From positions 620,001 to 684,000 of the forward strand of contig CM102285.1 in assembly GCA_046563655.1 (NCBI GenBank): a stretch of 64,000 nucleotides of DNA. The letters are read 5' to 3'. Source of the stretch: Yuukianura sp. NJ FZ-2021 (taxonomy: Eukaryota). The translations under genes and the position numbers were made by a program. The notes beneath the pieces are model-generated. The model did no database searches. It was not told where the DNA came from and was given only the letters and a program-made list of their open reading frames with translations. Positions 39,594 through 54,108 of this stretch are shown in pieces (the first letter of the stretch is position 1; every line of letters begins with the position of its first letter).

Positions 39594-40171
39594 TCTCCAA
39601 CAACAGAATCTGTCCAAAGTGCAAACAGCAGACAAGGTATCTACCAACGAAACGACCGACGTCAAAAACAACGTAGAGGTAGATGGTGTGATACGCCCTC
39701 TCAAAATGGAATTTAAACATTTCGAACTTCTATTGCGACGATTTCTCTTTTCAATCGGCCATAAAACCCGTTAAGGTCATGTCTAGTTTGAATTGTTTCC
39801 ACTACTGATCATTGATTACCGCTTCTTAACTACTAAGTCACATTGGTTATTTCTTCCTAACGCGTCTATTCATTGACTCGTAACAGAAAGCCATATGGAT
39901 TTTTTTTTACTTTTTGACGGTGCGTTTCTTTAAGGTTTTTTTTTACTCCTTTTGGCGTATTCTCTCCAGACACTACACTCAAAAAATCACAAAATTAGTT
40001 TCAAATAAATTATTTCAAAATCATTGGGACGAATTCATACACGGCATCAACTTCAATATTTTCATTGGTTGGTTGGTATTTAAGTGCAGTGGGTTCTAGA
40101 ATCTAAATTTAGCTTTTAGCTGACATGAAGGTGGTAGGTGGTATAAATTGGAAGAATACTTGCATAAGTTT

Positions 40172-42803
40172 TTAGTCGATTTTGACTGCGGCGTAGATCT
40201 TGATTAGGAAGAAGTAGGCTGCATAGAATCCAATGGTGGCTGTGAGGACCCAGAACGTAAGAACCATGATTCCAGTGTATCCAAAATAAAGTAAGCTGGG
40301 CACAAACTCCGTGATTTCCAATCTCGTTTCAAAGTAAAACACTGCGTAGACGAAGATGTACACAGCAGAACCACCGGACGAGATCAAAGTTTTCCACCAC
40401 CAGTGATAGTCCTACAAACAAAATTTTGTTTTATAAAATTAACTTCAATTATAAAAAAAAACCTCAAAATTGTTCTAAAAAAACATTCAATGTAAAAATT
40501 TTTTGTTACCTCTCCGCAAAGTTGAAAGTACACAAGAACGACGGCGATTTGCGAGACGGAAATGACCAGAATGATGAAAACGAGGAACAAAAATCCAAAC
40601 ATGTAGTAAAACCGATTTTGCCAAATCGCAGTAAAAATGAAAAAAAGTTCGATGAACATGGCTCCAAATGGAAGTATCCCGGCCATCAGTGAGCTATAAA
40701 AACAATGAGTTTAGAATACTTGCAAGTATTTTACCACTATTCTGCTCCCAAGTATGTATGATACTTGTAATTGAGAGTTTGCTGTTTGATTTCTTACCAC
40801 GGTATCATATTCATGTACCACTGTTGGGTAGGTACTTGGCGTGGGATTTGATTTGTCCTGACCGGATGTTGGTATGGCTTGCGAAATCCAAAGTACGAAC
40901 CCAAATAGACCAATGGGAGTGAAATTCCAAACCAAAGCAGGAGAAGCCAAACCATCGTTCCAAATGGTACTGCTCCGCTAGACGATTTTCCCCAAATGAA
41001 GAAATTCAGGATAAAGCAAGCTCCGAAAACCAGTCCAGGGTAAAGTGTCGCTGTCTGAAAAGTTTTGAAAATTAAAACTTCCAAATTCACTCAAAAACCA
41101 TATACGAAACTTTCAAAAATCTTAATCAACATTGAAACTTTCACACATTTCTTTCAAATACTTACCAAAAAGGCCTGTTTCTTCCATTCCTTTCCGCGAA
41201 TTGTACGGTAGAGTCGAGCTGAGTAGTAACCTGCTAAGGTTCCCATTACGACGTACAGGAAAATCATGGCCGACATTAGTGCACCACGCGTCGCTGGTGA
41301 CAGCATTCCCAACATGGCGAAGACTTAAAAAACAACAAGAAATCAGTTTGAATTTAAAAAAAAAAGTTGTCTCAATCTCTCAATTCTCAATGTCTATGCG
41401 ACTTACAGATTGTGACAATTGCCATGCCTAAGATTTGGACACCGCTGCCAACGATAGAGGCAAATAGCCGTGGATACCGCGGCGGTCGAAACACGTCTCC
41501 ATGGACAAGTTTCCAACCGGTTTCTTCTAAAGCCTCCTCAGCTGATTCGTCCAGATTGTTGTACCGAGCAATGTCACGTCGCAGGGTTCGGATAATTATC
41601 ATCGTAATGATACCTATGACGACCACATGAGATTAGTTTCATAATAAAATTTCGAAAATAATTTGCAAAATTTCAAAAAAAAAACCAATTTGAAATGGTT
41701 GCTTACCGGCGAGGAAGAATACAACGACTAGAGAGTTGATAATTGAGAACCAGTGAATATTGGCCTCGCTAACTTTTAGCAAATAGTCCCACCGACTCGC
41801 CCAGCGTATCTGAAATTAATTGTGATTGGGTATGATTGTTATCGAACAGTGGTTTAAACAAAAAAACAGTACTTTAACTCAAAACTAAAGTAAAACTGAA
41901 ACTTACATCAGATGGTTTCCACTGAAATGAGTAGCTAAAGTACAAATCCGTTGCTTCATTCTCTTTGATTTCTTGACCTTCACTGCTTGCTGGAAGTTGG
42001 CAAGTATTTCCATTGAAAGCCAACTTGTCTCGACTGATACTTTGTGGCAGAATTTCACATCCCACTACCCTGTGATTCTTGCTGAAATATGTTCAAAAGA
42101 TTAGTCAATTTAATGCTCACTTGCTGACAATGCTTGCAATGTATTCATTTTTACTGGTCTTCAGTGTGGTAATGAATGATGAAGTCCAGATGATTGAAGA
42201 TGTACGCTTTCCGTTCTTTGTTAAGAAAATATCCAAGACGATACCCAAGTTCGGTCGATTCTCCATTTGATCTCTCGTGTTTCATCACGCATGGTAAGTT
42301 ATCCACGATTCTAAAACCAAACAATCATTATTATAAGGACCAAGGTTTGTCCAGAATGATTAGCGAACTGAAGGCAATACTTACAGATGAACGTAGTACT
42401 GATCTTCAATGTCATCATACGCTGCTTTGGATTGAGCCGCTGTCCAATGAATTGGTGTATCCGGAGCATTACAGGCTAAGAGACATGATGTATCTTTCCC
42501 CAGTTGACCTTCGTACTTGGTCGTAACAATCCTGTCTCCTCGGAGAATTTCTCCAAGATTTTCAGACTTGTATTCAAGTTTGGAGGCATCTGGTTTGCAG
42601 AATGCCAAAGAATAGTAAGCATATGGGAGTTGAGTAATGCTTGACGTCATCTTAACCGCTTTAATTACAACAGGATCAGAAAGGGCGAACTCAACTGGAG
42701 CCATCCCTGGAATGTAGAAGCAGTGGCAGCTATGACAGAGGAGGATCACGTAGATGGAAATTGTTCTCCATAATGACGACTTGACATTTAGTTGTAATGA
42801 CAT
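40172..42803 (-). CDS. TM9SF4: Transmembrane 9 superfamily member 4 (nonaspanin), multi-exon
   Basis: [11 protein letters not shown]...[58 protein letters not shown] and C-terminus KIYAAVKID. Confidence 0.95.
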
Positions 42804-43593
42804 CGTAGATGCTTCGTTGTAGGCCTTCAACGTAAACGCCAATTTACAGATAGGAAACCAATGCCGCGGGAGAACTTCACATATGAAAATTATTAAATAA
42901 AGAGAAGTATTAAATGAAGACACGTTCATTAAACGTTTCAGTTACCGCCGAAAAGGAAAATCTCAAAATGAAATGGACATAACGTTTACCTGTTTTGTTT
43001 CAGCAATTAACGTTTACAAATCTTCATTCCAGAATTAAGAACATGACCTGGAGATTATAAAGTAGCTGCGTACGGGGCCAAACACTCAAAACATTGTGTA
43101 ACCTTTTTAGGCTCTGACGACGACAATGACAACGACCATAAATTCTTTTCTTCTCGGGTTCCACGTCCTCCAAGGAAGTCCGGCACAGCTCAGCTGATAA
43201 TCTGTTGATGATATTCTCGATTAATTTATTGCTTTCACAATTTTCAAAGATCTGTGTATACCCGTAAATTTCTTAATAAGTAATATGACTCACCTTCTGG
43301 TTTGATTTCAATTCTCACACCGTACTTTGTTAACTAGGAAAAGAAAAGATCTCGTTGTCTTTTTTCTGCTGTGTTTTTGACTTGAGGAGGTCCATCTTCT
43401 CTTCACCTCTCATTCATTCTCATCAGACCGAATCACAAGAATTCAAAATTGGCGCAACCTGACAACACATCTTAAAAATCGTTTAACTTTTAATGAAATT
43501 GGCAGAATTAGTCACATTCATTTGTCATAAATTTCTGAGTTAAAACATAAAAAAAAAACTTGCTAAAAATGCTAAGAGCTTTGAAAAAAAAGA

Positions 43594-43713
43594 AAGCCAA
43601 GAGCACCCGGGGTTCCCAGGCGGTCACCCATCCAAGTACTAACCGGGCCCGACGTTGCTTAACTTCAGTGATCGGACGAGAACTGGTGCTTTCAACGTGG
43701 TATGGACCTTGGC
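43594..43713 (-). rRNA. 5S ribosomal RNA
   Basis: Minus strand GCCAAGGTCCATACCACGTTGAAAGCACCAGTTCTCGTCCGATCACTGAAGTTAAGCAACGTCGGGCCCGGTTAGTACTTGGATGGGTGACCGCCTGGGAACCCCGGGTGCTCTTGGCTT, 120 nt with complementary termini and a downstream T-run terminator. Confidence 0.97.
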
Positions 43714-44042
43714 GGAAGAGTAGGGGAAATAACACAGAGATGAAACAACCAATTCAATCAAACTGCTAAATCTATTAACTTTCTTGCAAGTCTTTTACAA
43801 TTTACAAAACACCTTTGTACTATTACCTACAAATCTCGTTCTCTCTAACGCTATACTAAATTCAATTAAAGCAACTGCAATTAACCCAAATTAAAAAGTG
43901 GACTCTACAACTCCACACACCGAACCGGTTGGAACTCCCGACTCTAATTTAAAGAAGACTTTACTCGAAAATCAACATCTTTCCCTTCCCATCTCTTTAC
44001 AGACTTTTTTTAAACGTTTTTTTGCTCTTTGTAGATTGTGGT

Positions 44043-44058
44043 GGCCCTTAAAAGGGCC
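44043..44058 (-). terminator. Histone mRNA 3' stem-loop (H2B)
   Basis: GGCCCTTTTAAGGGCC followed by ACCAC and a purine-rich AAAGAG downstream element. Confidence 0.95.
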
Positions 44059-44096
44059 GTTGGTTTAAGTGGACTCTGGTGTGGTGATGTTGAGTT

Positions 44097-44471
44097 TTAC
44101 TTGGAAGAAGTGTACTTGGTCACAGCCTTCGTCCCTTCAGACACTGCGTGTTTAGCCAGTTCTCCGGGCAGCAGGAGTCGCACAGCAGTTTGAATTTCGC
44201 GGGATGTGATGGTGGTGCGCTTGTTGTAGTGCGACAGTCGTGAGGCCTCTGCTGCAATCCTTTCGAAGATGTCGTTGACGAAAGAGTTCATGATGGACAT
44301 GGCTTTGGAGGAGACGCCAGTGTCTGGATGGACTTGCTTGAGGACCTTGTAGATGTAGATGGCGTAGGACTCCTTCCGCTTCATCTTCTTCTTCTTCTTG
44401 TCGCCCTTCGAGATGTTCTTCTGCGCCTTCCCTGCCTTCTTCGCCGCTTTTCCGCTCACCTTTGGTGGCAT
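44097..44471 (-). CDS. His2B: Histone H2B (replication-dependent)
   Basis: [17 protein letters not shown]...[20 protein letters not shown]...KYTSSK; intronless; upstream TATA; 3' stem-loop. Confidence 0.98.
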   Translation of the reverse strand: MPPKVSGKAAKKAGKAQKNISKGDKKKKKMKRKESYAIYIYKVLKQVHPDTGVSSKAMSIMNSFVNDIFERIAAEASRLSHYNKRTTITSREIQTAVRLLLPGELAKHAVSEGTKAVTKYTSSK

Positions 44472-45289
44472 CTTGACTTGGTTTTCGGTTGTCGAGAGAG
44501 AGAGAATCAAGAAACTTTGTGGAGTGAATGAGAGGGTTCTGTTGTGTCTCCCTTTTTATATGAAGCCGAGAGGAGTAGAATTCGAGATGATTTTACTCTT
44601 TTGGAGTTGGGGGGTGGTGAAATGGATGGGGTGGCAATGGACAAAATGCATGGAGGGACCACCCCAACTCCACCAAACCCCCGTGCCAAAAAAACACAAA
44701 AAAAATCAAAAGAGCTTCGTCATCGGCGTCTGATTTGTCCCCCTCTTTCTCCAAATTCAAATGCTTCTCCATCTCCCTTCTTCCCGGATGAAGCGTAAAA
44801 TTCCCAAAAACTTTTGAAAAAACACTTCGAAAAACGAAAGAGCAGAAAATGATGCCTATCTAAAGCTAAAAATTAAAAACAGAGCTTTTTATTATGGGTG
44901 ATTGATGACAATGTAGAATGAACATTTTAAAATTCCGTAAATGAGTTGACATAAGTTTAAAAATTTCGGTGGGAAACCAAGTTCAGAGTTCATGATTTCC
45001 TTTTGAATTTGATTGAGGTCATCAGAGTGTATGGTTCAAATTCAATTCATATTTTGAGTGGAGGTCAAAGTTTTATTTATTTTGTCATTGAGAATTTGCG
45101 ACTGAACTGAATTCGAATTGCGTAAAATGAAAAATTGAACTCTCGAAGAAGCAATAAATTTTTTTTTTAAATTGGAAGGTGAATCGTATGCTATTCTGGT
45201 TGTGGTTAGTTTTTGCTCTTTGTAAATTTTGGTGGCCCTTAAAAGGGCCGTTGGTCATAAATAAAAGTAGAGTTGATTTGTGTAGATTT

Positions 45290-45670
<381 letters not shown>

Positions 45671-46415
45671 TTATTCAAAAAGTAGAGAGAGTTCCTGACT
45701 TGTCAAAAAATGAGAGTGGAATGACTAACATCCTGCGTCGAGCTTGGTATTTATAGGGTAGGCAGAGGAGTAAGATTTCACTGTGTTTTACTCTTTTGGA
45801 GTTTCACGAAAGGGGAATTTTGGGAAGGAGGAGCGACAAAAAATAGCAGCTGCGGGAAATTCAAACTTTCAAACTTCTGGTGCGGACCGAAAGGCAAAAT
45901 AAAGAAGACGACGACGGGAACAAAACGAAAGAAAAACTGAATGACGTTAATTATGTTCAACTTTTAATCATGATTAAACTAAATACTAATTAAACTGCGT
46001 TTTTATCATCGTCTCGTCACTTCTGCACTGACACAGTTGCCTTTTTGCTGTTAAAACAACCCACACCTTTCGAAACAAACTGAATTCTTCCTAGATTTCA
46101 AAAATTCCTTTGATTTTCTTTAACTGAATATCAATTAAATAACTTTTAACGTCATTTTGCACATCATTTCTTGTAATTCATTTTACTTCATTGAACTGTA
46201 ACTTAAAACTAGCAAAACCACATCGTAGTTAGTTCAAGATTTTGAAATTAACAGACAAAAATTAAATTGGACAACAGAACTTCAATGCAAACGTCAAGTA
46301 AAAATGAAATGTCGAACTAAATTCTACGAACATATTGATTTTTGCTCTTTGTAGATTGTGGTGGCCCTTAAAAGGGCCGTTGGTTGGATGTTGATGTTGG
46401 AGAGGACTTTGATGT

Positions 46416-46823
<408 letters not shown>

Positions 46824-47898
46824 TTAACAAGGAGTGCGGACCGAGGAACTAACAAAATTCTGCCTGGATCTATACAAAGGGAGAGAAGGATGATGATGAG
46901 TTCTCACAAAAAAAAATACATCGTTGCGTCTCCCCCCTGCCATCCACCATCTCCCTCCTCCTATTGCATTGGCTTTGGAGTTGAACTCGAATGCTTAACA
47001 AAAGGAGGGAGCGCGATTTGCACACACAAAAAAAACAAGCAAAAAATGACGCTTTTAATCTTCCATTTGGAAGCCTCGCTTTTCTCGCGCCGTTTTGCTC
47101 AACGGACGCTTCCAAAATCCCGCGTTTTTAACGGTATATTCTAAATTCTATTCCATTGATGGTTTTAGCACTAAACTAATAAATTGTTATTTTTTTCCGC
47201 ATCTGCACCAGAATACTGCTTTCGCTTAATGAAACATAAGGTTAACCCGTGTTATGAGCTTATGATTAATTTGCGGTGTGATTTTTAATAATTTAATGCC
47301 GAATGTCATATCTTTTACGCTATTATAGCAGTAGGTGACCTTTGACCTCCGCCGGGTTGTAGATTTTTCAGTCGAAAACGTTTTATCTACGCATAGAAAA
47401 AGTCCGCGTTATGAGTCATCAGCGTAGCAGTGGTCACTCTCGATGTTTTCCTTAATTCCAGTAAATTTCGAAAAGGAAATGAGGTCATCAACTGCATTTA
47501 GCATTTTTCGAAAAACGTTTTCGTCATTTTGTAAAGAAAAAACGTTTTTGCTTATCATTTCGACTTGTATTTGATTTGAGTTTAACTTCAAGGAAAAACG
47601 AAACTGAAATAATTATCTTAACTTTATGAAATTATCTTGATGATAAAAACTGAAAAATAACTTTGTAGCTGTACAAACAAATCTGAAGATTTCGTTTCAG
47701 TCTGATGAGATTGGAGGTCAAAGGTTATGTCTCTTGTTAACTCAAACATCAAATGACAAAGTTGTCATTCAGTCATGTCCGTTTTTTTTTTTCTAATGTT
47801 GATAAATTCTTTTTAGTTTTCTCGAAATTTTTAGCTCTTTGTAAAATGTGGTGGCCCTTAAAAGGGCCGTTGGTTTTAAATTGTGAAGTTGAAGAAGT

Positions 47899-48327
<429 letters not shown>

Positions 48328-49135
48328 TTAGAACTTGAGTGTGAACGAAGTTGAGACTTTTTTGCAGTTCCTTCCTCTTGCACGGTCTGATGACGAATGA
48401 ACTCTGGAAAGCGGAGGAGCTGGTATTTATAGCTGTTAAGAGGAGTTACGAGTTACTCTTCTGCTCAATTCTGATTGGCTGAGAAAAGTTGCTCCAAAGA
48501 GGGTGGAAAGTGGCACTTCTCAGAATTCGGGTTATTTCCCGCCAAAACTTTCTACAACTCCCGCGTAACGAACGACAAAAAGCTAACGTTCACACGATCT
48601 TCTTAAATGACATGGTTCAAAGTTATCTTTTTGAAGAACAAACGGAAAAAAAGTTTTTGGTTTTGAATATGGTACTTCTTAGTTTTTTTTTGTCATACAG
48701 TTTACTCGTCGTATCGCGCTGCTTACATTTACATGTCGTTTGAAAAATATTATAATTTCTAAAACAGTTAATTAAAATATAGGTAATTTAAATAGTTAGT
48801 TAAAATATATAATTCATGAGTTGCGGTTTATGTCATGACATGTGATTAAAAAGCATTAAACTTTGAGTTTTAATTCGTAAGTGGACAATTAGTTTTTTAT
48901 TTTCTTTTGGAGTTGGAGGAGGGTGCGGACGTTTGAGAGAACAGAAATGCAAATGTCGCTGTCAGTCATTCAACGTTTATTTTTATCAAACAAAAAATAC
49001 GACAAAATAAATATATCCATGAATCACTTTTTTAAATCTTAAATTATGTTTTGTACTTTTTCGCTCTTTGTAAATTTTGGTGGCCCTTAAAAGGGCCTTT
49101 GGTTTAAATATGGCTAGAGATGCGAGGGAAATAAT

Positions 49136-49903
49136 TTACTTCTTTTTGGCAGGGGCTTTCTTTGCTGCTGGCTTTTTGGCGGGAGCTTTCTTGGATTTAG
49201 CAGGAGCCTTGGTGGGTTTAGCCTCAGCCTTTGGTGGGGCAGGAGAAACGGCTTTTGGTGGAGAAGCTGCCTTCTTTGGTGCAGGGGCCTTTTTCGGTGG
49301 GGCAGCTTTCTTCGGAGAGGCCTTTGGTGGGGCCTTCTTCGCTGCGGCAGGAGCCTTCTCGGGGGGAGACTTCTTTGGTGGGGAAGCAACCTTTGCTGGA
49401 GACGCTGCTTTCTTTGCTGCTGGTTTCTTAGCAACGGCGGCTTTCTTTGGAGAAGCTGCTTTCTTGGTGGCAGCAGCCTTTGGCTTGGAGGCCCCACCAG
49501 CTCCAGGAAGTTTGAAGGAACCGTTGGCACCTTTACCTTTGACCTGCACAAGAGTACCAGCAGCCACGGCGGACTTGAGGAACTTCCGGATGAAGGGAGC
49601 CAATTTCTCAGCATCCACCTTGTGATGGTCTGAAATGTACTTCTTGATGGCCTTAAGGGACGAACCACCACGCTCACCCAGGCCCTTGACAGCCTCAGTC
49701 ACCATGATGGCAGTACTCGGATGGTCGGAAGACTTCTTCACTCCTTTCTTCGGTAAGGGCGACTTCTTCTCCTTCGGCGCTGGTTTGGCCTTGGGCGTTT
49801 TCGGTTTTGCGGCTGCAGGGCGACCTCGACCTTTGCCCTTCGCAGCAGCAGCGGCTGGTGCTGGAGCAGCCTCGGCTTCAACGGCAGTTTCTGAGTCGGA
49901 CAT
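49136..49903 (-). CDS. His1: Linker histone H1 (255 aa)
   Basis: MSDSETAV start; globular domain (HPSTAIMVTEAVKGLGERGGSSLKAIKKYI...KGKGANGSFKL); K/A/P-rich tail with SPKK motifs; stem-loop at 49082-49097. Confidence 0.95.
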   Translation of the reverse strand: MSDSETAVEAEAAPAPAAAAAKGKGRGRPAAAKPKTPKAKPAPKEKKSPLPKKGVKKSSDHPSTAIMVTEAVKGLGERGGSSLKAIKKYISDHHKVDAEKLAPFIRKFLKSAVAAGTLVQVKGKGANGSFKLPGAGGASKPKAAATKKAASPKKAAVAKKPAAKKAASPAKVASPPKKSPPEKAPAAAKKAPPKASPKKAAPPKKAPAPKKAASPPKAVSPAPPKAEAKPTKAPAKSKKAPAKKPAAKKAPAKKK

Positions 49904-51109
49904 TTTCGAAATTTTAAATTTCAAAATTGAATTTGTGTAGCAGAATTTCGATTTTGCAAAATGGCGTTTGAATAAGTGGTTGAGCCGAGGCTGCTCTGGT
50001 GTTGATCCAAAGTGCGACCGTCGGAGCAGCCACTTCAAAATTTCACTCTTCCGAGCACCAAAATCCCACTCTCCCTCATCCTCTTTGTGTTTTCTTTTCA
50101 CACTTTTTCAAAATTTTCTCCATTTTGGAAAACGTTTTTTGGAAACTTTTTGAAGCCATTTGATAGCTCATACACTTAGCTATCAACTGATTTTTGTCCC
50201 ATCAAAATCCGATCGTACGTTAAAAAGTTAGGCGGGATTTGCGAGGAGCCTATCCCCCGATTTCCAAAATTTTTGACAATTTCTTCCCATTTCTAAAAAT
50301 TTTGGACAAACTTTGAAATTTCATATTTTGACTGGACATAGCGGGGTCCTTGGCCTTCGTTTTAGTTTTGATTTCATGAAATTCCGTCCATCCATTGTTT
50401 CGTAATTTTGATTTGTGTGGAGGCAGAAGACACGATTTGCTCAAGACAGAAACTGCCTATGCTCAACTTTGACCCCGAATTACTCCGTTGCTAAGCAACA
50501 CACAACAATTTGGAAAACACCGCTCGATTTCTGATCAAATTCTGAACAGAGTGTGAAATTTTTAAAATTTTAGGGCGTGGCTGAAGCGTAGTTTACTGGT
50601 GGGAAGTATTAGCATGTCCTGAGTTACAAGTTCATTTTTCATGGGAAAAGTCCATGTAGATACATAGGGAAGAGTGAGAGATTTCAACAGAACTTGAACT
50701 CGTCGCCTTCGTTCAAAACTGAATCTGATTTGCCAGTTAAACTTTTAACGTTATGAGTATGCACTTTTTTCAACTTCAGAATAGTGTTAACTAATTAATT
50801 TCTAAATTACTCATATAGGTTGACATACTGTTTTCGAAATTTTGAAAAAAGTTTCACACCAAGTAACAAACTTTCATCATGCTCCATTCGATACTTGAGA
50901 GAATTTTTACAAAACAAAAATTTCATTTTAGTTAATCCAAACTAGATAAATTTTAGTTTCATTTGGAATTTGGCGAATAATTTGTTAATTTGTAATGCTA
51001 AAGTTTAGATTTTTCCAAAACCACATGAAGGCGACACCTTTTCATGCGATAATGTTGCGTATGCTGTATATTTTGCGTATTATGGTAGTTTTTTATGTTT
51101 TGTTGTTGG

Positions 51110-51297
51110 CAGTATTGGTGGATATCCAGTTTTTTAGCATTTCGTCCAGGATATATTCACTGGATAAATGGATAAATCCGGATGAAATCCAGTTTCCGGT
51201 GGACGAAATTGAGTTTCGTCCGGAAGAAACAAAATCCGGATATATCCACCACTTTCGAAAGGAGTGGAAGAAATATTTTATCCATCCACCAACACTG
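51110..51297. mobile_element. hAT-type MITE, copy 2, perfect 8-bp TSD
   Basis: cagtattggtggat ... atccaccaacactg, flanked on both sides by gttgttgg. Confidence 0.85.
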
Positions 51298-51876
51298 GTT
51301 GTTGGTTATGCTTAGCGATGAAATGCAGTTCTTCTTCTGCTTTTATGTATTTCTCGAGGTTATTCTTTTAAAATAGGATAAATTTTGCACTTCATGTGCC
51401 AAAAACCTACTTCGTATGAAAATTAGCATTTTGAAAAAATGCAAAATAATAATAGAAAAGAATATGGCCGAAATTTGCAAACAGCGGTCCCTTCCGAAAA
51501 AAATGTTACGAACTACAAGCTTAAGTTGTCACTACTGTAAAGATTTCAGGCTTACAAAATTGTTCAAAAGTGACTAAAACGAACATTTGAAAATTTTCTG
51601 GATACAGAAAATCAGACATCTCAAAATGAGAGCGTCCCATCTGAGTACATGACTTTGCGTGTCCGTGACTCTTGTTGGACATGCGCAATGTGACTCCTTG
51701 ACTTTCTCCAATAAAGTGCTTGTGTTTTTACTGCTTTCCTTTTAATGCTTGGAAGATGCGTTGTTCGTATCGATCCGTTTTCACGGTGGCACAGGGAGCG
51801 GTCCGCTCTTTTAGGCTTTTCCCACAAATTCTAAAGCAGAGTTCCTAGAGTTGTGGTGCCAAAAGAAACGGTGGAC

Positions 51877-53990
51877 ATGGAGCGTGTGAGCGGTGTCGTG
51901 GCTCAGGTCAAGACCAAGGCCACTACTACTGACCCCGTCTGTGGCCTCTGCTCCCTCCAGGTAACATGTCAAGGTCACTGGGTCACAATTTCGTGCTTAA
52001 CTTTCTCATTTCGTCCCATTTCGGCCTTAACTTTCTCATTTTATCCCAATTTTGATCACTTTATTTGAGTTAAAAATTTGCATCCAACAACACGAATAAA
52101 AATAAATCGGAGCTTGAATCGCCATGGAAACGAGAGCTGCCGTGATATCGTTGCATTTTTTCAATTTTGGGGCAAAAACAATAAAAACCCGACTTACTGC
52201 CTAACCTGTTAAAGAAAAAACTATTTTCTTGTTTACGAACCTTGTGTCAAGGTCACTTTGTCACAATCTCGGTCTTGCTTTTTCATATTTGTCACAATTT
52301 TTAACTCATTTTCTTTGTTATAGAAAGCGACAATGGGAGTGGCCATCTTCAACCTCGTAAGATTTTACATTAAAAAATTGTGTTTTGGTAACGTTGAGAC
52401 TCAAAAGTGTCCATTTTTTACTCATAAATTTATTTGCAAACTTTTATCACCACGAGATTGGTGATTTGCAGGGTTGTCAAAAATATATGCTAAAAACCCG
52501 CGAAATATTTGCAAAAAAAAATATTTTTTACAAAATTGCCCAATTATTTAACCTATTTAACAGTAAAGGTTATGGGCAAATAAATAAATATTTAGTGACA
52601 AAAACACTGGAAATATTTTGTATTAATATTACAGACATGAAGACTAAATATGTTTGATGATGATGACTCAAAATTTGTTGAATTTTGAAATTTCGTTTCA
52701 AAATTTTCAGATTTTTGCTGGGATTTCTCTCATATATGTCATCGTTATTGCAATTTTTTTCACAAGTATGGGCGTGGCGGCTGGAAGTGCCGTTGCGGAG
52801 CAGACCGACGAAGACGGCCAACCCAGTCCAGAGAATAGGGCGGCTGGTAAAAACAAATAATATTTGGAAAAACTTTTTTAAAAGGTGAAATATTTAGTTT
52901 CGAAATTTTGAAATCGATTTTTTTTGCAAACTAGGAACGGGAATAGCCGTGTTTGCTACAATCATCAGCGTCATCATGATCGTACTATTTGCAGCTATCT
53001 TGGCTTTTGCTGTTCTGCTGTACAAGGGAGCCAAAAATGTAAGGTTTACGTCAAAAATTGGGAATCACCATTGTTCCGAAAATATTGTTTCGAATAATAA
53101 TTGTTTCGAAACACAAATTGTTTAGGGTTTAAGGCTAAGATGAGATTATTTTAGATTAGTTAGGCTATTTTAGGCTACAATTAGTTAGGTTTAGGCATAA
53201 AAATGACCGTTTCGAAACAATTCAATTAGAAACATTTGTATTCGAAGCAATTGCACTGAACCAAATAATCATTTGAAATTGACCCCCATTTTTGCGAAAG
53301 TTGATCGTGTTGATCATGGACTTGACTTTTAACCGTAGCAGGTCATATCCGCAAATCCAATAACCGCCAATCCTAAAACCGCAAATCAGTAACCGACAAT
53401 TTCAAAAACCGACAATTTCCATAATCTACAATCCTTAAACCGACAATACTAAAACCGACTATTTCAAAAACAGACAATTCCAAAACCCGACAATTTAACA
53501 TCACAGTAGAGTAACCGATTTTGGAAATTGACGGTTTTTTAAATTCTCGGTTTTAGGATTGCCGGTTATATGATTGGGGTTTTTTGAAATTGTCGGTTAT
53601 TGATTGGCGTTTATGACCTGGAACCGACTTTAACTGTTATTTCCTTTGAAATTTTAGCGGGAATATTCCAAAGTGCGCCTTTGGTTGATCGTGAGCGTTG
53701 TCTGTTCAGTTATTGTTGTGATTGATGCTCTGGCTGGATTGACTTCGTTCTTCGGCTTCATTCTGGTCGTCATCAAAGTCATCATCATCGCCTACATCTA
53801 CTGGATTGTGTACGCCTTTCTGCATGAAATTGACCCTGACACGCTGGCAGGCCGGTTGGATGGCCCAGGGGACTTCCAGGGCATCCAGGTCAACAATTCC
53901 AACGAAGTCCAGTTCTCCAAGAACCCTTATGACGGCACCCAGCAGCAACCAGCATACGCCCAACCAGACCCTTACGGCTGGGACAACTGA
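51877..53990 (+). CDS. Small four-transmembrane protein (LAPTM/DUF4728-like, uncharacterised)
   Basis: Exons 51877-51960, 52324-52356, 52711-52846, 52935-53038, 53658-53990. N-terminal CGLCSL motif, four hydrophobic helices, YKGAKNREYSKVRLWL loop, YIYWIVYAF, and a Q/P/Y-rich tail. Confidence 0.7.
53334..53626. mobile_element. Foldback-type non-autonomous element (caggtcata...tatgacctg) with inverted accgacaat arrays
   Basis: The left arm has repeated aaccgacaat/aaccgcaaat and the right arm has attgtcggtt/attgccggtt. A related degenerate copy spans ~53996-54644. Confidence 0.65.
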
Positions 53991-54108
53991 AAAAACGATA
54001 GCAGGTCATACACGACAATCCAAAAGCCCACAATTTCAAAAGCGGACAGCGGAGTGAAGGCGACAAAACTGAAAACTGGTTTTAATTTAATCAGGTTTGG
54101 TTATTTGG

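Noticed and set aside
43106-43430. Exon-like minus-strand segments between TM9SF4 and 5S
   Set aside because: No consistent spliced reading frame could be built; may be 5' UTR or a decayed fragment.
47409-47591. Short ORF ending ESDHCYADDS (HCF-binding-like DHxY) in the H3-H4 spacer
   Set aside because: No ATG start or convincing splice acceptor; a 4-residue motif is expected by chance.
49077-49940. Long alternative-frame and antisense ORFs over H1
   Set aside because: By-products of the low-complexity Lys/Ala/Pro codons of H1.
49904-50101. 66-aa N-terminal extension of H1 in the ORF track (similarly for H2B and H4)
   Set aside because: The extensions start at non-ATG codons in promoter/UTR sequence; the canonical starts are MSDSE, MPPK and MTGRG.
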